A stretch of 64,000 bases of DNA from Octopus sinensis (GCF_006345805.1 NC_043005.1:51894001-51958000), one strand, 5' to 3'. Positions 27,086 through 39,866 are shown, counted from the stretch's first letter. Notes: generated from the letters alone by a model not told the origin. Program-made: numbers and translations.

Positions 27086-27574
27086 ATTTCTGCTGATGTT
27101 ATTTTAAACGGTTTTGCATTTAGTATGAAAATATAGGAAGAAAGAAAGAAAAGTGTAAAAAGAATCAAAACAACCCCCCCCCAAAAAAAAACCCAACAAA
27201 ATTCGCTTATTTCCCACCATCCACACAAAATCATCAATACATCTACAATATAACCAGTCTTTTCGTTTTGTAATCCTCACAATTGTAAAATTGTGAAATT
27301 GCTTTATTTGAGCAAGTCTTAAGAGTTATTATTTATTATTTCGTCTCATCTCAATGTTATTTTTATTTTTGCGTTCTTTCCATTCTATTTTTTTTTCCCT
27401 ACTTTCTATTACTTTCTCTTTCAAGTTTATAAACTACCACTACACAACCAATAACCAAAAAAACAGCTGAGAAAATGAAAGAAGCATAAATCAATTGATA
27501 TGTAAACTCGAACTGTTAATGTTCAGTAAATAGTTTTCTGTTTTTAGTTTTTACCTTTTCTTGTTTTCTTTTCA

Positions 27575-27627
<53 letters not shown>

Positions 27628-27918
27628 GTTTTTTGTTTGTTTGTTTGGCTTTTCCTTTTAGTTCATTTCATTTGGATATGGTGTCTATTTGGTCAATCAG
27701 TTATTGAAAGCTTTGCTATGATTTCGACTGAAATTTGAAAATTTCTTTTTTTCCGATACAAGCATACACATACACACGCAAAAAAAAAACAAAAATGAAA
27801 TAAAAAATGAATAAATATATTACCTTTATTTTTCATTAAAAAAGAGATATAATAATTTATTTGATTATATATATATTTTTCGGTGACTGGTGTGTTGGAT
27901 GGCGGAAGGAAGTACATT

Positions 27919-27960
<42 letters not shown>

Positions 27961-28931
27961 ATATATATATACACGCAAAAACTATATATGTATATATACA
28001 CATATATACATATATACAATATATATATATATATACATACATACATATATATATATGTACATATATATATCAATTAGATATATATAGATATATTATATAT
28101 ATATATATATACACACACGGTAAAAGTACAAGCCATCTTTTATTTCTTATAACTCACATTGTTTGGTTTTAAAAGAAATAAAAACACACGCACATATACA
28201 TATACATACTCAAATACACGCATATGTATATATATATATATATATGTGTGTGTGTATATATATATGTATATATATATATATGTATATATATATATGTGTA
28301 TATATATATATATATTATATATATATATAATATATATATAATATATATAATATATATAATATATATATACATATATATACATACATACACACAAACACAT
28401 ATGTATATCTATATATAAATAAATAACCGTGAGAAACAATACACCTATGGTTTTAGTCGAGGTGTTTGGGAACTAATCTGATTTTTGCATTTATACATTT
28501 ACTTTTGTTATGTATAATTGGTTGAGGGAAATGATTAAGCACTAGTCTACTACATCAATGAAATCTATTAAAAGGCAGGGGCTTCTCTGATGACAATAAT
28601 ATCTCTGTCAAATCATACCCTAGTTGTTATGAATAAAAAGTAGGACACATTGGTAAACGTACTTCGGGATACATTAAGCGTGACCAAAAAAAATGAAAAT
28701 AATAATGATTGAGTAGCTGTAGCTAGAGCACGTTTATAGTACGATATCTACGGGGGTGTGCTGAAAAGTTCCTAGGTTTAAGGGTGTCGCGAAAGACCTC
28801 GTTGGAGGTTCAGCCATCCGAGTTCTTTTAGAGGGTTTCGAAAATCTGAAGGATCGTTGCATTATGTCTGTGAATCTGTGAGGGGAATATATGCAATAAA
28901 ATCATAATTAACTGATCCTCCGTGTAACCAA

Positions 28932-29058
28932 AATAATAATAATAATAATAATAATAATGATGATGATGAGGATGATGATGATGACGACGACGACGACAAC
29001 GACGACGATGACGATGACGATGATGATGATAATGATGATGGTGATGGTGATGGTGATG

Positions 29059-29141
<83 letters not shown>

Positions 29142-29153
29142 AATAATAATAAT
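28932..29153. repeat. Compound (TAA)n/(GAT)n/(GAC)n microsatellite
   Basis: Directly visible. Confidence 0.95.
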
Positions 29154-29762
29154 ATATCAAATACAGAATTGACAACACATCAGAAAGTGGTAAGTGCAGA
29201 ATTTGTGGACAAAATGGTACGCCACTAGCCTAGAAAGAATATAAGAGACGTCATGACAATATTGCAAGGAAATGGTACGAACATAAACCCGAAGGCGTCA
29301 TTGAAAATTATAATGCAAAGATCTTATGGGATTTTATGATTCAGTGCAACCATGAGAAAGAGAATAGGAAACCAGACATAGTGTTAATTTAGAAAGAACG
29401 CAAACGATGCTGATCATAGATATAGCATGTCAAGCTGGCAACAAGGTATGCGATAAATAGGAAAGAAAAGTCGATAGATATGGCAGGTTAGCTTGGGAGT
29501 TTAAGCAGTTGGGATCGATGAAAAAGGTGATAATAGTACCAATAATTTTCGGAAACCTGGGAACAGTGAGTAAAAATCTTGAGAAGTACATGGAACAAAT
29601 AGGGGCTGCAATAAGGGTGGAGCACCTGTAGAAAACGGCACTGCTTGGAATTGCTCGAATAGTCCGGATGGTGCGCGAAAATAAGTGGTGTTACCTACCT
29701 GAGTTTACTGAAAGTGAACAGCTGGTAAGGTAGTACATCACTAGCGTTTGAAGCTGTGCAAA
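29154..29762 (+). mobile_element. Old 5'-truncated R4/Dong-type LINE fragment (restriction-like endonuclease region)
   Basis: KWYEHKPEGVIENYNAKILWDFMIQCNHEKENRKPDIVLI, IIDIA and VPIIFGNLG. Flanked by (TAA)n on both sides, with several stops. Confidence 0.82.
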
Positions 29763-29765
29763 ATA

Positions 29766-29817
<52 letters not shown>

Positions 29818-29838
29818 TAATAATAATAATAATAATAA

Positions 29839-32321
29839 TGGAGAGAAATATGGTCGGCGAACGAACAACCAAAAAAAAGGAGTATCAAAATAACAAACTC
29901 GGCATCTGAACAACTTTGGACCCCCCATAACAACTGAAGAGGTCACCCAGGCACTGCAAAGACTAAGCAACTGGAAGGCACCTGGGCATGACATGATCCC
30001 CAACTTCTGGTTGAAATATCTAACAGGAATGCACAAAAAGCTGGCTGAAAACTTTAACAACATACTAGCAGAGCCAGAGACAATGCCTGAATGGCTCACG
30101 AAGGGGAAAAACCATCTTAATTCCCAAATAAAATGAGACAGCAAAATCAGAAAACTACAGACCAATAACATGCCTCCCTACAATGTTCAAGGCATTTACT
30201 GCAGTGAATCGCAAAGGTTGAACAAGCACCTGTACGAAAACAAACTGTTCCCAGAAGAGCAGAAAGGATGCCGCAAAGGCTCATATGGCTGTAAAGATCA
30301 ACTAATGATTAATAAAGCCATAACTGAAGACAGCCACAGAAAGAAAGAAGAAAGGCCTCAGTATGGCCTGGATTGACTACAAAAAGGCGTTTGATAGCAT
30401 CCCCCACACATGGATCCTCGAAACTCTAGCCATTAACAAAGTAGCACTAACAATCATAAAATTCATAGAGCACTCTATGAATAAATGGCAAACAGTCCTA
30501 CACCTCCAAACAAAAGAGGGACTCATGAAAACCAAAGAGGAATATTCCAGGGAGACACGCTCTCTCCACTCCTTTTCTGCTTGGCACTGTCACCTCTATC
30601 TGATATACTAAATAGAACTGGATGCGGATATAAATGTTACGGCAAAACGATCAGCCACCTTTTATATATGGATGACCTAAAACTATACGCTGCAAATGAC
30701 AAACAGCTGGAAACACTATTAAAGACAGTTCATGGATTTACCAAAGAAATAGATATGAAATTTGGATTAGAAAAATGCGCCAAAGTAACCATGAAAAGAG
30801 GAAAACTAGTTAAGAGTACCAACATCACACTAGATAAAACCAATGAAATAAAAGAATTAGACCAAAGCCAAACTTACTAATACTTAGGAATCCATGAACT
30901 AGATAAGACACAACACACACAAATGAAAGAGAAAATAAAAAAAAGAATATTATAGACGAGTTAGATCAATACTAAAAACAGAGCTCAATGCTAAAAACAA
31001 GATAATAGGTATTAACACTTTAGTTGTCCCAGTTATAAGTTACAGCTACAATATCCTTAACTGGACACGAAATGAACTGACCAAAATAGATAGGAAAACA
31101 AGAAAAATAATGACAGGATCTAGGATGCATCACCCAAAATCTGACATAGAAAGACTATATATACAACGTATAGAAGGTGGTAGAGGCCTTATACAGCTGG
31201 AAAACTACTATAAAATAACCATCATAGGACTGCAAAAATATCTACTTCAGAAGGAAGGAAAACCGATTCAAATAGCGGCAAAACACGAGCAAAACAAAAA
31301 ACTGTTCTCAGTATTTAAGGAAGCTGACAAATACAAACAAGAAATCATACCACCTAATAAATATGAAGAAGAAGAGGAAGATGATGAAGAAACAACAAAA
31401 GCTATAAAACAAATGAAATCCAAACTAAAAACAGAACAGCAACGAACCATGATAAAGCGATGGCAAGAAAAGCCCCTTCATGGTAAATACTGGACTAAAC
31501 TAAACGCAAAAGAAATAGACAAAGAAAAATCCCAGCAATGGTTGAGAAGCTCAGGACTCAAAGCAGAAACAAAGGGATTTTTAATTGCAACACAAGACCA
31601 AATCCTCCCCACCAGAAATTACCAAAAACATGTAATGAAAAGAAATATTACAAGTAATTGCAGAATATGTGGAGGTGGACAAGAAACAATAAATCATATT
31701 ATCTCTAGCTGCCCAGTCCTGGCTAAGAAGGAATATATTCACAGACATGACAGAGTTGGAACCTACATACATTGGAAGCTATGCCAACATTATGGAATAA
31801 CAACAGAAAAAAGATGGTATAGGCACACACCAGAAAAGGTCACAGAAAACGAGAAAGCAACCATACTCTGGGATATGCTGATACACACAGATAGAGAAAT
31901 TAAGGCCAACAGACCAGATATAGTTGTCAGAGATCATGAAGAAAAAAATGCTTTCTAATTGATGTATCAATACCGGCAGATGACAACGTGTCTCTAAAAG
32001 AAATGGAGAAACTCTCATAATACAAAAACCTGGAAATAGAGGTAACTAGAATGTGGAATCTGAAAACAGAAACAATTCCTATCATAGTAGGTGCATTAGA
32101 CATGATAAAAAAATATTCAGACAAATACATAACAAAAACACCAGGACTTACAAACACACATAACATACAGAAAATTGCACTACTAGGCACTGCACACATC
32201 CTACGCAGAACACTTTCCATACAATAACCATCAGAGCATCACAACAAATCACAGCACATACCCAAGGCACACAGAGCTGCGCTCGGTAGTGAAGTGAAAG
32301 CACGCTATAAAACTAAAACTA

Positions 32322-32324
<3 letters not shown>
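29839..32324 (+). mobile_element. 5'-truncated R4/Dong-clade LINE (RT, CCHC knuckle, RLE endonuclease) with (TAA)n tail; frameshifted
   Basis: NWKAPGHD, NYRPITCL, EQKGC, WIDYKKAFDSIPH, GIFQGDTLSPLLF, LLYMDDLKLY, GGRGL, CRIC...ETINHIISSC, RHD, NRPDIV and IPIIVGAL. Stop at about 32227; (TAA)n at both ends. Confidence 0.92.
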
Positions 32325-32372
<48 letters not shown>

Positions 32373-32500
32373 CCTTTTCTACTGGAGGCACAAGGCTCAA
32401 ATTTATGGGGTGGGGACTAGTCAATTATATCAGCATCAGTGTTTCACTGGTACTTAATTCATCGACCTCGAAAGGATGAAAGGCAAAGTCGACATCAGCA
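32373..32500 (-). mobile_element. SINE family B-related fragment
   Basis: CTGGTACTTAATTCATCGACCTCGAAAGGATGAAAGGCAAAGTCGAC. Confidence 0.75.
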
Positions 32501-32582
32501 TTGAATATTTTGGGTATCTTTCGCTTGTGTTTGAGATCATGATGCTCCAATATTCTTGAGCTGGCAAGACGTCTGTCTAGAT

Positions 32583-32801
32583 CAGTGCTTTTCAAACGTT
32601 TTGCTGGAGTGGAACCCCAAGGAGACATTCCACTGGCTCGAGGAACCCCTGTGCAATAATTTAATAGTCTTATGCACACATATCTGCACAGGAGAATTAA
32701 AAATTACTGCCGATTTTAGCAGTTTTGTAACTTCTTGCGGAACCCCTGGACTGTACTGGCGGAACCCTAAGGTTCCGCGGAACCCTGGTTGAAAAGCACT
32801 G
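32583..32801. mobile_element. hAT (Charlie-type) MITE with perfect TSD
   Basis: TIR CAGTGCTTTTCAA / TTGAAAAGCACTG. Identical 8-bp TSD GTCTAGAT at 32575-32582 and 32802-32809. Subterminal GGAACCC repeats. Confidence 0.93.
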
Positions 32802-33904
32802 GTCTAGATCGTATCAGTAGGGTGAAGAGGGTTTGTGAATTGCTGTGCAAGCCGTTTTTAGACTTACAATTGCATGTTATTCAATCGCCGGTGAGGCGAC
32901 TAGCCGTTACTTGGTCGAGTAAGTTGGCGTCACGGCGAGCATGGAACCGCGGACGCGAACCCGGGTGACGCCAACTGCTAGTGCATCTTGTCTTTAACTA
33001 AAGGCTCGCTTGTGAGACGCAAGCCTTGGGTGTAGATGGCTACAGTCCTGGTCGATTTCATATAATATTCAAACATTCGAGTTTACCGTATTACATCACA
33101 TTGATTCGACTTGATAATAAACTTTAAGTGTGCTTTCAAAATACTCACACGATTAGACGTAAATTTACCAACTTATCTTTCTTTTTTATCTTATCTTATT
33201 CCAACGTATTTTATTTCAAATAGGCTCAAAAGCCAAATGCAAAATGTGAAACTTTGCGCAATGAGACAGTTGATGACATCATTTCTGGTGGCTGTCCAAT
33301 CCCAATCAAAACTGTATATGTATATATATATGTGTGTGTGTGTGTATGTGTGTGTGTGTATGTGTGTGTGTGTGTATGTGTGTGTATGTATGTGTGTGTG
33401 TGCGTGTGTGTAAACATACACAAACATACGCACGCACAAACCCACGCACACACATACACATGCACGTACACACACACATACACACAGATGCACGCGCGCA
33501 CACACACACACTTGCATATTTATATTTATATATACATATATATAATTTATAAATATATATGTATGGATATTTTCTTGTAAATATCATAACAATTTCGGTT
33601 CGGCAGCATTATGTAGCTGGCGAATGCCCGAGACAGACCCCAGGAATTGGACTATTCTCTTGTAGGGTCAATGATTCAATTTAAAACGATTATACACACA
33701 TTCACACACATGCACGCACATACACACACACCGACACATATCTATCTATATATATGTATAATATATATATACATACACACATATATGCGAATTAGAATAT
33801 ATATGAGTATGAATATATTGGCACGAAGAGACATATACATATACATATATACGTGCACTGACAATGGAAATGTCCCAAGAGATATATAGCCTACATATCA
33901 TTTA

Positions 33905-34101
33905 TACCTACCTACCAACCTACCAACCTACCAACCAACTTACCTACCAGCCTACCTACCTACCTACCTACCTACCTACCTACCTACCTACCTACCTACC
34001 TACCTACCTACTTATCTGCCTACTTATCCCCCTCTTAATCTATCTATCTTTTTATCTAACTATCTGTTTTTCTACCGATCCGTCCATCTATCTATCTATC
34101 C

Positions 34102-34169
<68 letters not shown>

Positions 34170-34240
34170 CTATCTATCTATCTGTCTGTCTGCTTATCTG
34201 TCTATCTATCTATCTGTCTGCTTGTTTATCTGTCTCTCTG

Positions 34241-34302
<62 letters not shown>
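33905..34302. repeat. (CCTA)n and (TCTA)n microsatellites
   Basis: Directly visible. Confidence 0.95.
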
Positions 34303-35042
34303 AATCTCCTTTTCTTTGCACGTTGTTTTCACGACCGTTCCTTGCCTGCATTTCCTCCGCTGAATCTATAAGTAGCGACAAGCTTTTTAGCGGCCGGAGA
34401 CTAACTAATTACCTCTTCGTAGTGATATTGTAGCGAGCTATGTAGGGACATAGCGAAAAATTAAAACTGAAATGGTAGCGCTTCTGGCATGTCCGGACAA
34501 GAAGATTACAAGTACCTCTTTCCGTTCTTCGCTCGGTTCTTTACACTTTGATCTTTAAAAGCTATGTAGTGATAGATATCGATGCGGAGCTTGCGTACTG
34601 TTTTTCCAAGTGATGCCAAAAACGTTGAAGGTTTTCATCTGTTTGATGTAAACACGTGTTCGAAATCGAGATTTATTATTGGTCACTGAGGATTTCAAAG
34701 GAATTCGCCTTCTTCGGCTATAGGCAAACTGTCTATGACGTTGATTAGTCCAACATCTGTAGGCAGTGGAAAGAGAAAAAGAACTTCGACATGGTTAATT
34801 TTGTGTTAGTTACACTCGATATTTCACACACACATACACACACACACACATGCATTCTCTCTCTGAATGCGTGCCCATATATATATATATATATATTTAT
34901 ATATAGAGGGCATTATACATACATGCCAGAAGGCATTATACATACATGCCAAACGCTAAGAGGGACAATTAGTCATTTCTACCAAAAATATTACTAATCC
35001 CACCGAATGCAATTTTTCAAAGTAAGACATTTAAAAAAATAT

Positions 35043-35090
35043 AGACCTGTATCACAGTGATTTCATACTTACGTACTCATCAGCAGGCCT
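35043..35090 (-). ncRNA. Minimal type-I hammerhead ribozyme
   Basis: Minus-strand RNA AGGCCUG-CUGAUGA-GUAC-GUAA-GUAU-GAAA-UCAC-U-GUGA-UA-CAGGUCU. It has the full catalytic core, a 7-bp stem I, a 4-bp stem II with a GNRA loop, a near-palindromic stem III and an AUA cleavage triplet. Confidence 0.82.
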
Positions 35091-35295
35091 GAATGTATTA
35101 TAAATAAACAACGACCCTGCCCCGCTTAAGCCGATCAGCTATATATATATATATATATATATATATACGTATACACACAAACAAAACACACACATACATA
35201 CATACATACATACACACACATCCACCCACCCACACACGAAACACATATATGTATATATACATTTATATATACATATTTATATGAAGGTATATACA

Positions 35296-35343
<48 letters not shown>

Positions 35344-35480
35344 CATATATATGTATGTTTTACACATGATATATTGTGTTTGTGTGTGTGTCTATATCTA
35401 AATCTCTATAAATCAATCAATCAATCTATCTATCAATCTTATCTACCTATCTCTCTATCTCCTCTCTCTCCATATATGTA

Positions 35481-35537
<57 letters not shown>

Positions 35538-35538
<1 letters not shown>

Positions 35539-35818
35539 CTTTTAATTGTTTCAGTCATTTGACTACGGCCATGCTGGAGCACCACCATAAGGGGTGTTAG
35601 TTGAACAAATCGGACCCAGGACTTATTCTTTGCAAGCCTGTACTTATTCCATCGGTGTATTTTACCGAACCGTTCAGTTACGGGAATATAAACATACCGT
35701 CATCGGCTGTCAAGCGATGACTGGGGACAAACACAGACACACAGACACCACCACACATACACACACACAAACACACACACACACATACACACACACAACA
35801 CACACACATATATATATC

Positions 35819-35877
<59 letters not shown>

Positions 35878-36043
35878 ATATTATATATATATATATATAT
35901 AAAGGGCTTCTTCCAGTTTCCGTCTACCGAATCCACTCACAAGGATTTTGTCGGCCCGGTTATAACAGAAGACACTTCCCCAAGGTCCCACGCAGTGGAA
36001 CCGAACCTAGAACCATGTGGTTGGCAAGCTTCATACCACACAG
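35538..36043 (-). mobile_element. SINE family A, full length
   Basis: Tail GTTTCAGTCATTTGACTACGGCCATGCTGGAGCACC, internal (CA)/(TA) repeat, head GGGCTTCTTCCAGTTTCCG...AACCATGTGGTTGG. Confidence 0.9.
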
Positions 36044-36450
36044 ATAAGTATTTGCTTGCACCTCGAACCATAATTCTTTATTCCTCACAGCAAACAACTT
36101 TTGAATTTTCATTTACGCCCCTGTCACAGCACAATGTAAACATACCTGACAGAGTAAGTGAGAGAGAAAGAGAGAGAGAACTAGGTTTTATTAGTAAATG
36201 CTGAAAGGGGAATTTGGCTAAACAGTGATTTTCAGAAAGAGAAATCGCCCGGCTAATTCGCACGTTACAAGTACAATCTGTGAGTGGAACAGTAAAAATA
36301 CGCAAAACTTTTCTCAAGTTCCAAATGTGAATTTGTCTGAGCAAATTACACCCCAAAGATGGAACCTTGTATCTTTGTTGGAAACCAGCGTCCCCTCCTC
36401 AGTGGAAGATTTACAATAATTAAAAATTAGAAGAAACATACATACATACA

Positions 36451-36659
36451 GGTGCAGGTGTGACAGTGTGGTAAATAGCTTGCTTCTCAATTACATGGTT
36501 TCGGGTTTAGTTCAACTACGTGGCACTTTGAGCAAGTGTCGTCTACCGTAGCCTCAGGCCGACCAAAGCTTTGTGAGTGGATATGATAGACAGAAACTAA
36601 AACAAGCCTGTCAAATATATATATATATGTGCGTGTGTATGTGCGTGTGCGTGTGTGAG

Positions 36660-36714
<55 letters not shown>

Positions 36715-36905
36715 TTGGGCTTGTGTTTGTCCTCCCATCACCACTTGATAACCGGTGTTCGTGCGTTTACGTCGCGGTAATACTAGAAGTTCAACAAAAG
36801 AATCTGAGGTTATCAAAAATAAGTCCTTGTTCGACTAAAGCCCTTTAAGGCGGTGCTCCAACATGGCCGCAATCAAATGAATGAAAAAGTATGAAGAATA
36901 AAAGA
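36451..36905 (+). mobile_element. SINE family A, full length
   Basis: Head, (GT)n and tail ending GGTGCTCCAACATGGCCGCAATCAAATG. Confidence 0.88.
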
Positions 36906-36924
36906 ACGCATCATACATTCATGC

Positions 36925-37343
36925 ACATAGGAATGGCTGAGTGATAAGTAGCTTGCTTACCAACCACATGATTCCGAGTTTAGTCTCACTGCGTGGCACA
37001 TTGGGCAAGTGTCTTCTACTAACAGTCTCGAGCCGACCAAAGCCTTTTAAGTGGATTTGGTTGACGGAAACTGAAAGAAGCCTGTCATATATGCGTGTGT
37101 GTGTGTGTGTGTGTGTATGTGTGCGCGTATGTTTGTGTGTATGTGTTGTCCCACCAACATCGCCTGACAACCGATGCTGGTGTGTTTAAGTCCCCGTAAC
37201 CTAGTGGTTCGCCAAAAGATACCGATAGAATAATTACTAGGTTTACAAAGAATAAGTCCTGGGGTCGATTTGCTCGACTGAAGGTGGTGCTCCAGCATGG
37301 CCGCAGTCAAATAACTAAAAAAAACCTAAGAATTAAAAAGAAT
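36925..37343 (+). mobile_element. SINE family A, full length, tandem to the previous copy
   Basis: Head AGCTTGCTTACCAACCACATG..., (GT)n, tail ...GGTGCTCCAGCATGGCCGCAGTCAAAT. Confidence 0.9.
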
Positions 37344-37427
37344 ACATATATACTCGAAGAGTTACTTCAGTTTTCCTGGGCGTCACTCTAATAAACATTG
37401 TTTTTTTTCTTATACTTCACCTTCGAT

Positions 37428-37908
37428 GTTCTTTATTACTATTGACTGTGGTTATGCTGGAGCACGGGCGTTTTAGTTGAAGAAATCATCGCCCGGACGT
37501 ATTCTTCGTAAGCTTGGTACTTATTCTATCGGTTCTCTATTGCCGACCCACTAAGTTACGAGAACCTACACACACAAACGTCGGTTGTCAAATGTCGGCG
37601 AGCTGGCAGAAACGTTAGCACGCCGGGCGAAATGCGTAGCCGTATTTCGTCTGTCATTACGTTGTGAGTTCAAATTCCGCCGAGGTCGACTTTGCCTTTC
37701 ATCCTTTCGGGGTCGATAAATTAAGTACCAGTTACGCACTGGGATCGATGTAATTGATTTAATCCGTTTGTCTGTCCTTGTTTGTCCCCTCTGTGTTTAG
37801 CCCCCTGTGAGTAGTAAAGAAATAGGTTGTCAAGCAATGGTGAAGGGACAGACGCAGACACAAACACACACACACACACAAAATATATATATAAAATAAA
37901 TATAAATA

Positions 37909-37988
<80 letters not shown>

Positions 37989-38329
37989 ATGTTGTTATAT
38001 CCTGTTATTTGCATTTGTATTTGTGTAACATTTCTCCGGTTTTTCCGTCCTTGTTTTCGAATACATTCGCTGCCTTTATTGCAAGGAATCTAATGCTCTT
38101 AGATTAGTTTTTCCTTGGGGATAGTCAAATTGGAGCAATCTCGAGTATAATCAGCCGAAATGGCAAAGATGATCTGTAACTCGACTGAGGAAAAAACTCC
38201 GAATGACCTGTCCTTGTTTTCTTTGTATCGTCTGTCTGGATGTTTTGCCTTCTTGTCCCATTTTTGCATTTTTCATATATAAAATTATATCGGTGTACGT
38301 ACAGTTTGGTCTCATATATATATACATAT

Positions 38330-38381
<52 letters not shown>

Positions 38382-38550
38382 TACATACAATATAAAGGGC
38401 TTCTTTAAGTCTCCGTCTACCAAATTCATTCACAAGGCTTTGGATGGCTCGAGGTTACAGTAGAAATTACTTGGCCAAGGTGCCACGCAGTGGGACTGAA
38501 ATCCGAACCATGTGGTTGGGAAGCAAGTTTCTTACCACACAGTCACGCCT
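37428..38550 (-). mobile_element. SINE family A copy hosting nested insertions
   Basis: Tail at 37428-37591 and 37825-37865, head at 38395-38550. Interrupted by SINE B (37592-37824) and a (TA)n-embedded element (about 37985-38313). Confidence 0.82.
37592..37824 (+). mobile_element. tRNA-like SINE family B, full length, with 9-bp TSD
   Basis: A-box-like TGGCAGAAACG, B-box GAGTTCAAATTCC, central GCCTTTCATCCTTTCGGGGTCGATAAATTAAGTACCAG (resembles the Meta-type SINE domain as I recall it). TSD GGTTGTCAA at 37583-37591 and 37825-37833. Confidence 0.9.
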
Positions 38551-38828
38551 ATACATGCATACACGCCCACACACACACACATACACAGAGGCGACTGTGT
38601 TTGCGTGGGATCTGTAGTATCTGTGGAGAGTGAGACAGAGAGAGAGAGAGGAAGAGAAAGAAAGAGAGGGAATGTGAATAGAGCAACTTAGACGTACACT
38701 GATACACAAACACACTCGTACACACAGGCAATTTACTTCTAAATGATCAGTGATAACGATACATACTCATTGCTCTCAGCCTACACAAATACATACATAC
38801 ACACATGTGTATATGTATATATACATTA

Positions 38829-38894
<66 letters not shown>

Positions 38895-39243
38895 TACATA
38901 CATATATATATTATATATATAATTATTCGTACTTCCCCCCACATATTCACAATGAATTGATAATCATCTCTAAAACGTCATTATAGTCATACGTGAATAT
39001 ACACACACATACAAACACTTATACACGCATAGTCGCTCTTACAAACACAGCACTTCGAAGCCCAAAAGATATGATGGCAACGACACACTGGGACACGCTT
39101 TGAGAAATTTTAGCCTCGTCTGAAGTGACTGAAAATTCCTTCTTAAGCACAGCACACGGGAGCGATCTTTGTATTTCTTCAAACAGAATGGCGTGTAGAT
39201 AGATAGGTTATATGTACATGTACATATTTAAATAGATGCATAT

Positions 39244-39293
<50 letters not shown>

Positions 39294-39572
39294 TATATTT
39301 AGATATAAATACACATATATATTACCATACATCATATATATTATATATATATATATACAAAATGCAATATATAAATATGAAAATATATAATATATAGATG
39401 TGTGTATTTTGTGCATATTGAATATATATTTGAATATTTTGTATACTTTCACGTATTTCTATGCATATCACACACATACACACACACACATACACACACA
39501 CATGTATATATATATATGAGCTTATATATGCATTTATGTGCGTGTGTGAGTATCATATTCATAAATATGTAG

Positions 39573-39619
<47 letters not shown>

Positions 39620-39738
39620 AAGACAGAGAGAGACAGAGAGACAGAAAGAGAGTGAAAATTTGGCGTGGAGGGGAGAGGATAATGGACGGATAAAAGAAAT
39701 AAATACATGGAGAGGAATGCACAGGGTAAGCACATAGA

Positions 39739-39782
<44 letters not shown>

Positions 39783-39828
39783 GTGTATATATATGTATTT
39801 ATATATATGGATATACATACATATATCC

Positions 39829-39866
<38 letters not shown>

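Noticed and set aside
26801-27237. Poly-Thr/Ala/Pro ORF resembling a low-complexity exon, with a plus-strand acceptor-like site near 26878
   Set aside because: It is a pure trinucleotide array with no recognisable domain and no matching donor.
28828-29178. Poly-His and poly-Met ORFs
   Set aside because: They come from a (GAT)n microsatellite.
36235-36278. Possible 44-nt plus-strand exon (ttttcag ... gtgagt)
   Set aside because: The pyrimidine tract is weak, the peptide is not recognisable, and such a match is expected by chance.
37592-37680. tRNA gene calls for SINE heads
   Set aside because: A and B boxes are present, but there is no cloverleaf and the heads continue into SINE bodies with TSDs.
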